Below are positions 8,574 to 21,208 of a stretch of DNA of 64,000 nucleotides, piece after piece (within the stretch, counting starts at the first letter, position 1; every line of letters begins with the position of its first letter). Source of the DNA: Syntrophales bacterium (GTDB lineage: Bacteria > Desulfobacterota > Syntrophia > Syntrophales > UBA4778); contig CAXXQE010000007.1 of the NCBI GenBank assembly GCA_963665615.2, forward strand, positions 124,001 through 188,000, read 5' to 3'. Position numbers and translations under genes: made by a program. The notes below the pieces were generated by a model. It made no database searches. It had not been told where the DNA came from and worked only from the letters and a program-made list of their open reading frames with translations.

Positions 8574-10589
8574 ATGTGTAAGTGTAAAATAGGCTTCGTG
8601 CTCCTTCCAATCATTTTTGGTTTGGCCTTCACGGCCCATGCAGACAGCCAGTCGGATCGCAACGATGCCGACATTGCGCAGATGAGCGTGCAAGAACTCA
8701 TGTCGATCGATATTCCGACGGTGAACGGTGCCTGTAAATTCGAGCAACGGGTAACCGATGCCCCATCGTCCGTTACGGTCATCAACGCAGCTGAAATCAA
8801 GAAATACGGCTACAGAACACTTGCCGATATTCTGAAGGCCGTTCGCGGTTTCTATGTCAGCTATGATCGCAATTATCAATATCTCGGGGTAAGAGGCTTC
8901 AGCCGGCCGGGGGATTTGAACAGCCGGGTACTGCTCTTGATTGACGGTCACCGCATCAATGACAATATCTATAATACCGCTCCCATTGGAACGGAGTTGC
9001 CACTGGATATCGCTTTGATCGAACGAGTTGAAATCATTCGGGGACCGAGTTCATCGCTGTATGGCACCAGTGCATTTTTTGCTGTTATCAATATCCTGAC
9101 CCGCGAGGGGAAAAACCTGAAAGGTTCAGAAGCCGAGGTCTCATTCGCTACAGAGAATACCTATAGCGCGCGCCTTACAAACGGAACAAAGCTTTCAAAT
9201 GGCCTGGAATACCTGGTGAGCGGGTCACGCTATCAAAGCAGCGGTCAGAAGGGCCTTTACTACAGCGCCTATGATAATCCTGCGACGAATTTCGGCGTAG
9301 CGGATCACGGCGATGATGATCAAAACTATGGGGTTTATTCGAAATTCTCTTTCAAGAACTGGACAGCGACAGGGGCCTACCTGTCGCGCGAAAAGCTGAT
9401 TCCGACAGGATCTTACAGCGTTGTTTTCAATAATGACCAGAACAAGAGCGTCGATGCGCATGGCTACCTGGATGTCAAATACGAGCACAAACTCGATGTG
9501 TCGTCAACGCTCGCCGTTAAAGCCTCCTACGATGATTATCTCTATCGGGGAGAGTACATTTACCATGTAGCCCCCGGGGATTTGCTGGGACGCAACAAGG
9601 ATAGCGCCAAGGGGCAATGGGTCGGCGTTGAAATGACCTATACGGGGCGGCTCTTTGAGCAGCACATGCTCTGCCTGGGGGGGGAGGAGCAATACAATAT
9701 CCGCCAACAACAGAGAAATTATAATGAGACGCCCTATCTTGTTGCGCTTGACGACGACCATACCTCCAACCGGTATGCCGTATATATGCAGGATGAGTAC
9801 AGCGTCCTTTCCAATCTCCTTTTAACAGCCGGGATTCGATATGACCGGTACAGTTTAGTCGGAGGGTCCGTCAATCCTCGTCTGGCATTGATTTATAAAC
9901 CTGTTGAGAAATCGATTTTCAAAGTGCTCTACGGCAGCGCCTTTCGGGCTCCCAATGTCTATGAGATGTACTATGCCGACGGTGCCACGACCAAAGGCAA
10001 TCCGGATTTAAAGCCCGAAAAGATTAAAACGGCTGAACTTGTCTATGAACAATATATCGGAGAATATTGGCGGACAAGCATCGGGGGATTTCTGAGCCGC
10101 ATTGATGATCTCATTACTCAAAAGACAGATATCGATGGTTATCTTGTATTTACGAATGCCGATCATGTCGAGTCGAGAGGATTGGAGGCGGAACTCGAGG
10201 GAAAATGGCCAAGCGGTTTCCAAGGGCGATTGAGCTATACGCTCCAAAGGGCGGTTGATCGCGAAACAAATGAAGTCTTGTCAAACATGCCGCCGCATTT
10301 AATGAAGTTAAACTTTCTCGTGCCATTGTACCATAAGGATCTATTTGCTGGTCTGGATGTCCAATATACGGGGCCGCGAAAGACGTTGTCAGGGGGGAGT
10401 GCTGGCGGCTATACGACGGTGAACCTCTCGCTGTTCTCTCAAAATATTTTCTCGGGCGCGGAGCTTACCGCCACGATCTCCAATATCTTTAATAACGAAT
10501 ATGACGATCCCGGCGCCGGGGAACACCTCCAGGATGTTATCCGGCAAGATGGTAGACGGGCCGGGGTTCGATTTTTATACCGATTCTGA
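8574..10589 (+). CDS. TonB-dependent outer-membrane receptor
   Basis: Signal peptide; plug motifs VLLLIDG and IERVEIIRGPSSSLYG; FRAPNVYE; GNPDLKPE; C-terminal Phe. Start uncertain (8556/8571/8574). Confidence 0.92.
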   Translation: MCKCKIGFVLLPIIFGLAFTAHADSQSDRNDADIAQMSVQELMSIDIPTVNGACKFEQRVTDAPSSVTVINAAEIKKYGYRTLADILKAVRGFYVSYDRNYQYLGVRGFSRPGDLNSRVLLLIDGHRINDNIYNTAPIGTELPLDIALIERVEIIRGPSSSLYGTSAFFAVINILTREGKNLKGSEAEVSFATENTYSARLTNGTKLSNGLEYLVSGSRYQSSGQKGLYYSAYDNPATNFGVADHGDDDQNYGVYSKFSFKNWTATGAYLSREKLIPTGSYSVVFNNDQNKSVDAHGYLDVKYEHKLDVSSTLAVKASYDDYLYRGEYIYHVAPGDLLGRNKDSAKGQWVGVEMTYTGRLFEQHMLCLGGEEQYNIRQQQRNYNETPYLVALDDDHTSNRYAVYMQDEYSVLSNLLLTAGIRYDRYSLVGGSVNPRLALIYKPVEKSIFKVLYGSAFRAPNVYEMYYADGATTKGNPDLKPEKIKTAELVYEQYIGEYWRTSIGGFLSRIDDLITQKTDIDGYLVFTNADHVESRGLEAELEGKWPSGFQGRLSYTLQRAVDRETNEVLSNMPPHLMKLNFLVPLYHKDLFAGLDVQYTGPRKTLSGGSAGGYTTVNLSLFSQNIFSGAELTATISNIFNNEYDDPGAGEHLQDVIRQDGRRAGVRFLYRF

Positions 10590-10641
10590 TATAGCCGGGA
10601 AGGCTTATTCATTTATAAGTGGACGGCATAAGACAGGCATC

Positions 10642-11220
10642 ATGAACAAAGGACGGCAGGGCATATCGTATAGGGGGCCGGGTGGAATCATTCTCGTGAT
10701 TCTGCTTGGGCTTGCTTTTTTACAGCCGATAAATGCCACTGCTTCAGAGATGTCGCCGGTGGCTCAGGAATACAAGGTCAAGGCGATGTTCCTCTATAAT
10801 TTTTCATTGTTTGTCGAGTGGCCGGCAGAGAGTAGAACGGCCGGAACGCCTTTCCGAATCTGCATCTTGGGCAAAAGCCCTTTTGGCGACTTCCTTAATC
10901 GCTTTGAGAACCAAGAGGTCAAGGGGAAGAAACTCAAGGTGCAGTATGTTTCGAGCATCCAGGATATCGGTAGCTGTCAGATTCTCTTTGTATGCGCATC
11001 GGAACAGGCGAGATTGCGGGAAATCATGGAGGCTCTCCGGGAACGTCGCGGCATTCTGAGCATCAGCGACATACCGGGTTTTACCGAGGCTGGCGGTGTC
11101 ATTAATATTGTCAAAGTCGATGAACGGCTGAAATTCGATATTAATATGAGCGCGTCCAAATTTAATGGCTTGTCGATCAATCATCAACTTCTGAACATGG
11201 CGCACGACATCACGCACTGA
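10642..11220 (+). CDS. YfiR family (DUF4154) periplasmic protein
   Basis: EYKVKAMFLYNFSLFVEWP, CILGKSPFG, CQILF, GGVINI..LKFDIN...GLSINHQLL; signal peptide. Confidence 0.9.
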   Translation: MNKGRQGISYRGPGGIILVILLGLAFLQPINATASEMSPVAQEYKVKAMFLYNFSLFVEWPAESRTAGTPFRICILGKSPFGDFLNRFENQEVKGKKLKVQYVSSIQDIGSCQILFVCASEQARLREIMEALRERRGILSISDIPGFTEAGGVINIVKVDERLKFDINMSASKFNGLSINHQLLNMAHDITH

Positions 11221-11452
11221 ATTTGTGTATCAGCAAACCATCGTCCATCACGTTTATCTTTCCGCTTGTTTTTTTCACCTGGATTGGCAATAATTTAATT
11301 GAGACAATAAATCGTTTCTCATGCAGCCGCCAATAGGACGGCAAGCGATGTTCCACGATGTCTTCTTCATGATCGTGATGGCCATAAGGAACCCGAAAGG
11401 GTTTTGACGCTGGACCGTAGGTTATCATATCAACTGAAAATGGGAGGACGCC

Positions 11453-11647
11453 ATGAAACTGGAACTGACAGGTGAGGAATTGGAGTTGCTGACGATGATG
11501 CTCGGAAAGGCAGAAGTGGATACGCGTATCGAGATACACCATGCCACGCGTTCCTTCGAGTATCGGGATTACCTCAAAGAACGGCAGAAGACGATAGCCG
11601 ACTTTCTTGAGAAGGTAAAGTCGCTGAAGACTTGTTGCTGTGAATGA
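11453..11647 (+). CDS. small hypothetical protein (64 aa, helical, C-terminal CCCE)
   Basis: Strong RBS GGGAGG 5 nt before ATG; protein-like amphipathic sequence; followed by a hairpin. Confidence 0.75.
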   Translation: MKLELTGEELELLTMMLGKAEVDTRIEIHHATRSFEYRDYLKERQKTIADFLEKVKSLKTCCCE

Positions 11648-11657
11648 CCTTGCATGG

Positions 11658-11687
11658 TTGCCCGAGAAACGGCTCGGGTAAAGGTTT
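11658..11687. terminator. hairpin between convergent small ORF and ligA
   Basis: TTGCCCGAG-aaacgg-CTCGGGTAA followed by AGGTTTT. Confidence 0.55.
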
Positions 11688-11698
11688 TGGGGGGAGAA

Positions 11699-14004
<2,306 letters not shown>

Positions 14005-14229
14005 TAGCGTGCTCCCAATAAGTGTCCAGAAGCGCCAAATGACTTAATTCGTCTCCCGAGGCCCTCAGAGAATGAATTACCTGTCGTTAGTCTTCTTGGA
14101 TCAAACCTTCCTATATCGTGTTGTTAAATAGTAATTTTTTGAAAATAAAAAGTCAATCAGCCAAATAAGGACTTGAGTTTTCACAAGCCTCGTTATAATT
14201 TTTTCTAAAATTTAATGAGAGATGTTGAC

Positions 14230-14703
14230 ATGAAAATAGGGGTCATTTCAGATACTCACCTGAACGGATATGATGAGGAATTACAGCAGATCATCAATCG
14301 CCACTTTAGGGAAGTCGATCTGGTCATACATGCGGGCGATATTACAGCACTAAGTGTTCTCGATATGTTCGGGGACAAGGAAGTCATGGCTGTTTGCGGA
14401 AATATGGATGCCGACCTGCAGGGCTATCTGCCTCCCCGTCTTGAATGGACCTTGGGCGGTTATCGATTCGGCCTGATTCACGGTTGGGGCGATCCGCGTG
14501 GACTGCGGCAGGTTCTCAGAGCTCAGTTCGCGGAGATCGACTGCCTTGTTTACGGACACACGCACCAGCCTTTCAACGAAATGGTGGACGGTGTCCTTTA
14601 TTTCAACCCGGGCTCTACCTCGGAAAACCGTATGTACTCATCCAAAACCATCGGCATCATTGAAGTCAGTGGTGGCCTGACCGGAAAAATCATAGCGGTG
14701 TAA
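14230..14703 (+). CDS. YfcE/MJ0936-family metallophosphoesterase
   Basis: ISDTH, HAGD, GNMD, HG, GHTH and NPGS motifs. Confidence 0.93.
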   Translation: MKIGVISDTHLNGYDEELQQIINRHFREVDLVIHAGDITALSVLDMFGDKEVMAVCGNMDADLQGYLPPRLEWTLGGYRFGLIHGWGDPRGLRQVLRAQFAEIDCLVYGHTHQPFNEMVDGVLYFNPGSTSENRMYSSKTIGIIEVSGGLTGKIIAV

Positions 14704-14714
14704 CAGGCGTCTTT

Positions 14715-15206
14715 ATGGACAATATCATTGCGCCGGAGAGAATGAACTTTATCAGAAGCAAAAAGGACCAGGGGTGCGTTTTCTGCAAACAATCCGTTCG
14801 TGACGAGAACCTGGTGCTATACGATGATGGCGTCATTACGTATATGATGAACAAGTACCCTTATAACCCCGGCCACGTGTTGATCGTCCCGAATCGGCAT
14901 GTCGCTAGCCTGGACGAATTGACGACTGACGAGCGTCTTAAAATCATAAACGGAATGGACGTGGCTGTCCGCGTGATCAAGGAAGGCATGAATCCACACG
15001 CATTCAATCTCGGCCTCAATCTGGGGTTGGCGGCGGGTGCAGGAATTATCGACCATTTGCACGTCCATGTCGTTCCGAGGTGGACCGGCGATACGAATTT
15101 CATGACCTGTCTGGCCGAAACGCGCGTCACGCCCCAGGACGTGAGGGTGACGTGCAACGAACTCAAGCCTCTATTTGAAAAACTGCTCAAGGAGAGAGCC
15201 GCATGA
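14715..15206 (+). CDS. HIT-family nucleotide hydrolase
   Basis: CVFC, NKYPYNPGH, HLHVHVVPRW histidine triad. Confidence 0.93.
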   Translation: MDNIIAPERMNFIRSKKDQGCVFCKQSVRDENLVLYDDGVITYMMNKYPYNPGHVLIVPNRHVASLDELTTDERLKIINGMDVAVRVIKEGMNPHAFNLGLNLGLAAGAGIIDHLHVHVVPRWTGDTNFMTCLAETRVTPQDVRVTCNELKPLFEKLLKERAA

Positions 15207-15526
15207 AGATGATGACCCTTGTTCTGCTGGCGGTGCTGATCGTTTTCGGCTTTACCTTCTCCAGCCAAAACGCAGCGCAGGTCAAACTGACGTATTATGG
15301 ACTATTGGATTTCCAGGTGCCCTTGTACGTGCTCGTTTTCGCATCGCTCATCATCGGTTTTGTTTGCGCTGGTTTCATCGGTCTAATCGAACGCATGAAA
15401 CTTTCCCGACAACTCTCAAGGCTAAGAAAAGAGATCAAGGCGCTCGAATCTGAGATCTATGATATTCGCAAGATGCAAATCCAAAATGCCGGCCCTCCCC
15501 CTATCAAGAAGGAATACCTTTCTTGA
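15203..15526 (+). CDS. LapA/DUF1049-family membrane protein
   Basis: Two TM helices with F.SQN motif, then a coiled coil; ATGA overlap with the HIT gene. Confidence 0.8.
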   Translation: MKMMTLVLLAVLIVFGFTFSSQNAAQVKLTYYGLLDFQVPLYVLVFASLIIGFVCAGFIGLIERMKLSRQLSRLRKEIKALESEIYDIRKMQIQNAGPPPIKKEYLS

Positions 15527-15661
15527 CACCCAGTTGCCGGTTATCCGTTGTATGTTAACGGCAAAAAACGCGATCTGACTGCGCAGGCTTACCGGTAATA
15601 ATCATTCGAATAACACTTCGCTCTGTAAACCGGAAATTGTTAACTGCGAACCGACGACTGC

Positions 15662-16168
15662 TTAAGCCGTCGCACAGTCGGAAGGATCGCCCTTGATTTT
15701 TTCAACGGCGTGGCGAAGGGAAGGCAGGACAACTAACAGGTTTTCTCGCACGGATTTTGGGCTGCCGGGAAGATTGATGATGAGACTCCGCCCGCGGATG
15801 CCACAGACGGCCCGCGAGATCATGGCGTGAGGGGTTTTCTTCAGACTTTCGGCGCGCATCGCCTCGGCCATGCCGGGGATCTCCCGGTCGATCACTTTCA
15901 GAGTGGCATCCGGGGTAACATCCCGCGGGCTTACCCCGGTGCCGCCTGTGGTAATCACTAAATCGAGTCCTGCATTGTCCGAAAAATCGATGAGCTCTTT
16001 GCTAATTATATCCTGTTCGTCCGGGATGATCACGTAACGGATCACTTCGACCCCGATGGAAACCAGGAGCTTTCTGATCTCAAGGCTGCTGGTGTCCTCC
16101 CGCTCACCGACGGCGCCCTTGTCGCTGACGGTAATAATACCGGCCTTGATGTCAGCCGCATGATGCAC
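15662..16168 (-). CDS. molybdopterin adenylyltransferase (MogA/MoaB family)
   Basis: ITVSD, TTGGTGVSPRDVTP, NLPGSPK. Confidence 0.93.
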   Translation of the reverse strand: MHHAADIKAGIITVSDKGAVGEREDTSSLEIRKLLVSIGVEVIRYVIIPDEQDIISKELIDFSDNAGLDLVITTGGTGVSPRDVTPDATLKVIDREIPGMAEAMRAESLKKTPHAMISRAVCGIRGRSLIINLPGSPKSVRENLLVVLPSLRHAVEKIKGDPSDCATA

Positions 16169-16171
16169 GCG

Positions 16172-18253
16172 TTATTCCTCGACGTCTTTCTTGTTGGCCG
16201 CGATGATCTTCTCTGCAAGCGCCGGGGGAACTTCTTCATAGTGCGAGTGCACATACGTGAAACCGCCGCGCCCGCTCGTAATCGATCTCAGATCGGGGGC
16301 ATAGGTCAGCACCTCGGCCAGAGGAACCTGGCCCTTGATGATCTGGTTCGTTCCCTTTGTTTCCATGCCGAGCACACGTCCCCGTCGGCTATTCAGATCG
16401 CCGATGACGTCCCCCATGTATTCTTCCGGAATCTCAATGTCGATGTTCACAATCGGCTCGAGCAGCGTGGGCTTGCACTCGAGAACGCCCTTCTTGAAAC
16501 CCATCGAACCGGCGATTTTGAAGGCCATTTCCGATGAATCGACCGTGTGATAAGAACCGAAGACGAGGGAGACGCGCACGTCCACGACGGGAAAACCGGC
16601 CACAACGCCTTCGGCCATGGCCTCGACGATGCCTTTTTCAACGGCCGGGATGTACTGACGCGGCACGACACCGCCGACGATCTTGTCGACGAATTCGAAG
16701 CCACTGCCTCTCGGAAGAGGCTCGATCTCTAGCGTAGTATCGCCGAACTGACCGCGTCCGCCGGACTGTTTCTTGTATTTGCCCTGAATTTTGGTCTTGC
16801 CTTTGATCGTTTCCTTGTAAGGCACCTTCGGTATGCTCAAAGTGACCTCTACGCCGAACTTGCGTTTGAGTCTTTCAACAGCCACTTCGATGTGTACCTG
16901 TCCCATGCCGGCCAGAATGATCTCCTTGGTCTCCTCATTGCGGCTGACCGTGATGGAGGGATCTTCCTCGATCAGGCGGTGGAGAGAGGTCATGATCTTT
17001 TCTTCGTCGCCTTTGGTCTTGGGATGGACGGAAAAGGCCATGATCGGCGGGATCGCCGGAACCTTCTCAAAGAGGATCTGAGCCTTCTCATCGCAGATCG
17101 TATCGCCGGTGGTGGTTTCCTTCAACTTGGCGACTGCCGCGATATCCCCGGCGATCACAGAGTCTGTCGGCTTCTGGGTCTTGCCTTCGAGAAAGAAGAG
17201 GTTGCCGAGACGTTCCGTTGTTTTGTGGTTTGGATTGTAGAAATTGAAATCCGATGTAGCCGTGCCGGAATAGACCCGGAAGAGGGTCAACTTGCCTGCA
17301 TAGGGATCAGCAAAGGTCTTGAAAACAAAGGCGGCGAAAGGTTCGGCGACGTCGGGTTTACGTTCGACCTTGTCCCCTTTTACCGGAAGGGCGCCCACGG
17401 CATTGCCGCGATCAACCGGCGAGGGCAGGGCGGCGACAATCAGGTCCATAAAAGGCCGGATCCCGATCATCTTCACGGCGGAGCCGCAGATCACAGGAAT
17501 CAGCCCGCCGGAGATGACCGCGCGGCGGATGCCATCCTTGAGTTCCTCGGGGCTGAGATCGCCCGTATCGAGGTATTTATCCATCAAAGCCTCATCGTCC
17601 TCAGCGATGTCCTCGACCATGGCATCCCTGTATGTCTTGGCTTCATCGGCCATGTCGGCCGGTATCTCGGTGATTTTGAAAGCGCCCTTGGCACCCTCGA
17701 AAAGCAGGGCCTTCATATTCAGCAAGTCGATCAGTCCACGGAAGGATTCCTCCGAGCCAACCGGCAGGAAAAACGGCGTAGCCTTCTTGCCGAGTTTCTT
17801 CTTGACGCTGTCCACGGCAGCGATGAAATCGGCCCGTTCGCGGTCCATCTTGTTGACATAAATGATTCGGGGCAGACTGTATTGATCGGCGTATTCCCAA
17901 ACTTTCTGGGTCTGGAATTCGATTCCGCCGACCGCATCGACGACGATCAGCGCCGCATCGGCCACACGCAAGACGTTCATCGTATCAGTGGCAAAGTTGC
18001 CGTCGCCCGGGGTATCCAGAATGTTAACTTTGTGTTTTTCCCAATCAAAGAAAGAGACTGCCGCACTGATGGAAATGCGTCTTTTTTGTTCTTCAGGTTC
18101 AAAATCGAGAGAGGAGGTGGCGTCATCAACACGTCCAAGGCGGTCGGTTTTTCCGGAAACATGCAAAAAGGCCTCACAAAGCGATGTCTTGCCGGTTGAA
18201 CCGTGACCGACAACTGCGACGTTTCTAAGCGAGGAAGGATCATACTTAGCCAT
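16172..18253 (-). CDS. fusA: elongation factor G paralogue (EF-G2 type)
   Basis: Full EF-G domain set (NKMD, GMGQVHIE, KKQSGGRGQFG, SYHTVDSSEMAF, GDLNSRRG) with divergent G1-G3 motifs; alternative start at 18268. Confidence 0.93.
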   Translation of the reverse strand: MAKYDPSSLRNVAVVGHGSTGKTSLCEAFLHVSGKTDRLGRVDDATSSLDFEPEEQKRRISISAAVSFFDWEKHKVNILDTPGDGNFATDTMNVLRVADAALIVVDAVGGIEFQTQKVWEYADQYSLPRIIYVNKMDRERADFIAAVDSVKKKLGKKATPFFLPVGSEESFRGLIDLLNMKALLFEGAKGAFKITEIPADMADEAKTYRDAMVEDIAEDDEALMDKYLDTGDLSPEELKDGIRRAVISGGLIPVICGSAVKMIGIRPFMDLIVAALPSPVDRGNAVGALPVKGDKVERKPDVAEPFAAFVFKTFADPYAGKLTLFRVYSGTATSDFNFYNPNHKTTERLGNLFFLEGKTQKPTDSVIAGDIAAVAKLKETTTGDTICDEKAQILFEKVPAIPPIMAFSVHPKTKGDEEKIMTSLHRLIEEDPSITVSRNEETKEIILAGMGQVHIEVAVERLKRKFGVEVTLSIPKVPYKETIKGKTKIQGKYKKQSGGRGQFGDTTLEIEPLPRGSGFEFVDKIVGGVVPRQYIPAVEKGIVEAMAEGVVAGFPVVDVRVSLVFGSYHTVDSSEMAFKIAGSMGFKKGVLECKPTLLEPIVNIDIEIPEEYMGDVIGDLNSRRGRVLGMETKGTNQIIKGQVPLAEVLTYAPDLRSITSGRGGFTYVHSHYEEVPPALAEKIIAANKKDVEE

Positions 18254-18592
18254 AGGAACCCCTTTCATCCCTCATTAGGGAAATCTTGAATTTAAAAAAG
18301 GTACCAACCGGAAATTCTGAACACCGCATGCCTGTAACGAATCGATCGCCGAGAAAGAAACCGGTAGCCGGTTTCCTGATGGCCGGCCAATGTCAAACGA
18401 TTAAAGGAGGGGTCATAATCGGTTGTTTTTAACTGAGTTATACTCCTTGCAATGTTTAAGTGTCTTAATGAATCGACCTATCGTTGTCAAGACAAATTTA
18501 GGTTTTAATTTGTTCCGCTTGGCAATATCTGTTAGAAGAAGTCGAGGCTTGTTTTTCTCATCCATCGTGGTCAAATTTTCTCGGAGGAATCC

Positions 18593-21037
18593 TTGAAATC
18601 ACAGGAGCTTACGCAAAAAATACAAGACGCGCTCGTCTTTGCGTCGCGCGAGGATTACCGTCACCTGCCCATGATCAGGGGGCTTGGAGCGATGATCCGT
18701 GTACAGCTGGCTTCTCTGAAGCAAGCGAGCGGTACCGGGTCGGAAATCTGTGTGAACCTGGAGGCGCTTTTTAAGGGATTTGATGACTGCGAACTCGCAC
18801 AGAAAAAAGACCTGATCGATCAGGCCCTTCGGATATTGACTCGGGAAGCGACGCCTCAGAAAAAATCACAAAAACCGCCAGTTGCAAAGGCGGTTTTATG
18901 GGAGGCCCGTGCAGCGCTGACACAGGCGCATGCCGTCCTGGCGGCGCCGGTCACAGCTGTGAAGGGCATTGGCCCTCGCACCCAGAAACTTCTGGAAATC
19001 AAGGGCATCCGGTGTATCCGCGATCTCCTGTTCTTCGTTCCCCGGCGCTATGAAGATCGCCGCACGATTACAAGAATTGCTGACACCGTGCCTGGTCAAG
19101 TCTATATCATGATCGGTAGCATTATAAATTTCGGTGTCAAGTGGTACGGTCGCAAAAAACTCTTCGAAGCCTCCATTCAGGATGGCAGCGGCGTTCTGCT
19201 CGCCAAGTGGTTCAAGGGCAACGAACGCTATTTAAGATCGCAGCTGGTGAAAGGGAAAGAGATGCTGCTCATGGCAGAGGTACGCGGCTGGGGTGGTGCC
19301 CGTGAGGTCATCCATCCTGAGTTTGAGATATTCGATCCCGAAGAGGAAAGAAACCAGGGCGAACAATTGCACTTCGGCCGGATCGTTCCGATCTATTCGG
19401 AAACCGAAGGGCTTCATCAGAAGATTATCCGGAAGATCATCCGGGAGGCGGTCAATAAAAACCTCCATGCGATCGTCGATACCCTGCCCGAAGAGATTCG
19501 CCGGAGGCAGGGACTCAGCACACTGGGTGACGCCGTTAGGGAGATCCATTTTCCTGAAGAGACGGATTGTTTTACTGAAGACGGCAAGGTTTGTTCTAAC
19601 GCTTTGAGAACGCTTGTATTTGATGAGTTCTTCTATTTCCAGCTTGCCATGGCCCTCCGGGCCAGAGGCACGCTGAAGGAGCAGGGGATTGCGTTCGATA
19701 CGACCGGTAACTTGATGTCACGTTTTCACGAGAATCTCTCCTTTAGTTTGACCGGTGCGCAACGCCGCGTCATCGAGACGATCCTGCAAGACATGCGACA
19801 GCCTCATCCGATGAACAGGCTTGTGCATGGAGATGTCGGATGCGGAAAAACCGTCGTAGCGATGAGCGCCATGGTGACTGCCTGTGAAAACGGCTGGCAG
19901 TGCGTCATGATGGCGCCGACGGAGATTCTCGCGGAACAGCATTTTCGCCAGGTCGGCCGGTGGGCAGAGGCGCTGGGACTCAAAGCTGCCCTTCTTACGG
20001 GTAAGCTAAAATCTGCAGAGCGCGCGCGTGTCAACCGCGATATCCGAGAGGGGAGCATCGACATTGTCGTGGGAACCCAGGCACTGATTCAGGACGGCGT
20101 CGCCTTCAGGAGGCTGGGCCTTGCCGTCATCGACGAGCAGCACCGTTTCGGCGTCATGCAACGGGCGACCCTTCGGCAAAAAGGTCTTAATCCGGATATT
20201 CTCTTCATGACGGCTACGCCGATTCCACGGACCCTGGCAATGACAGTCTATGGAGACCTGGAGGTCTCCATGATCGACGAGATGCCTCCTGGAAAGAAAG
20301 AGATCCTCTCAAAGATCTTTCGGGAACGGCAGCGTAGCACCGTTTACGAGGTGATACGTAATGAGATCGGAAAAGGCCATCAGATCTATGTCGTCTATCC
20401 CCTCGTGGAGGCATCGGAAAAGCTCGACCTCAGGGACGCAACACGAATGGGGGAAACCCTGAAGCGGGAGGTCTTTCCGCAATGCCGGGTGGAGGTGCTG
20501 CACGGTCAGATGAGGCCGGAGGTTAAGGACCAGATTATGAATGACTTTGCGGCAGGCGTGATCCAGATCCTTGTCTCGACCACGGTCGTTGAGGTCGGAA
20601 TCGACGTGCCGAACGCAACCCTTATGGTCGTTGAACATGCTGAGCGCTTTGGGCTATCTCAGTTGCACCAGTTACGCGGACGCGTGGGACGGAGCGATAT
20701 CCAGTCTTACTTTATCCTTATGACGGGCAATAGCCAAACGGATGTTGCCACAAGGCGTCTTCGGGTAATCGAGAAAACCAGCGACGGATTCCTGATCGCG
20801 GAGGAGGATCTGGCGATTCGCGGCGCCGGAGAATTTCTCGGGGTAAAACAGTCCGGCTTGCCGGAATTTCTGGTAGGAAACATTGTGCGCGATCAGGAGA
20901 TTCTGAATGATGCGCGGACAGAGGCCTTTGCATTGGTCGATGAGGACCCCGACATGATTCGTCCAGACCATGCGATTTTGTTAGATATTCTTCGAGAACG
21001 ATGGGGAGATCGCCTCAAATTTCTGGAGGCGGGGTGA
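18593..21037 (+). CDS. recG: ATP-dependent DNA helicase RecG
   Basis: GDVGCGKT, APTEILAEQH, IDEQHRFG, MTATPIPR, QLHQLRGRVGR; extra ~110-aa N-terminal region. Confidence 0.96.
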   Translation: MKSQELTQKIQDALVFASREDYRHLPMIRGLGAMIRVQLASLKQASGTGSEICVNLEALFKGFDDCELAQKKDLIDQALRILTREATPQKKSQKPPVAKAVLWEARAALTQAHAVLAAPVTAVKGIGPRTQKLLEIKGIRCIRDLLFFVPRRYEDRRTITRIADTVPGQVYIMIGSIINFGVKWYGRKKLFEASIQDGSGVLLAKWFKGNERYLRSQLVKGKEMLLMAEVRGWGGAREVIHPEFEIFDPEEERNQGEQLHFGRIVPIYSETEGLHQKIIRKIIREAVNKNLHAIVDTLPEEIRRRQGLSTLGDAVREIHFPEETDCFTEDGKVCSNALRTLVFDEFFYFQLAMALRARGTLKEQGIAFDTTGNLMSRFHENLSFSLTGAQRRVIETILQDMRQPHPMNRLVHGDVGCGKTVVAMSAMVTACENGWQCVMMAPTEILAEQHFRQVGRWAEALGLKAALLTGKLKSAERARVNRDIREGSIDIVVGTQALIQDGVAFRRLGLAVIDEQHRFGVMQRATLRQKGLNPDILFMTATPIPRTLAMTVYGDLEVSMIDEMPPGKKEILSKIFRERQRSTVYEVIRNEIGKGHQIYVVYPLVEASEKLDLRDATRMGETLKREVFPQCRVEVLHGQMRPEVKDQIMNDFAAGVIQILVSTTVVEVGIDVPNATLMVVEHAERFGLSQLHQLRGRVGRSDIQSYFILMTGNSQTDVATRRLRVIEKTSDGFLIAEEDLAIRGAGEFLGVKQSGLPEFLVGNIVRDQEILNDARTEAFALVDEDPDMIRPDHAILLDILRERWGDRLKFLEAG

Positions 21038-21179
21038 GGTGTATGAAGGCAAATTTCTCTCACGGTTCTGCGATCTCAGAATAGAAAACTAGGCTCGCCC
21101 TCATCCGTTAAATTGGCTTGGTTTTATTAAATCACCGGAGCAACGTGCGGTCCCAGGGGCGAATTCGGGCAAGAGTCCG

Positions 21180-21208
21180 TTGACAAATAGCGGTATCTGT
21201 ACTAGAAA
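21180..21208 (+). promoter_or_regulatory. sigma-70-type promoter for the hom operon
   Basis: TTGACA-17 bp-TAGAAA about 105 bp upstream of hom. Confidence 0.5.

Noticed and set aside
11645..11690. UGA followed by a hairpin as possible selenocysteine readthrough (CCCE-U)
   Set aside because: The loop AAACGG lacks the leading G typical of bacterial SECIS, the extension is short and featureless, and the hairpin is better explained as a terminator between convergent genes.
16892..18199. 435-aa plus-strand ORF
   Set aside because: Antisense shadow of the EF-G paralogue.
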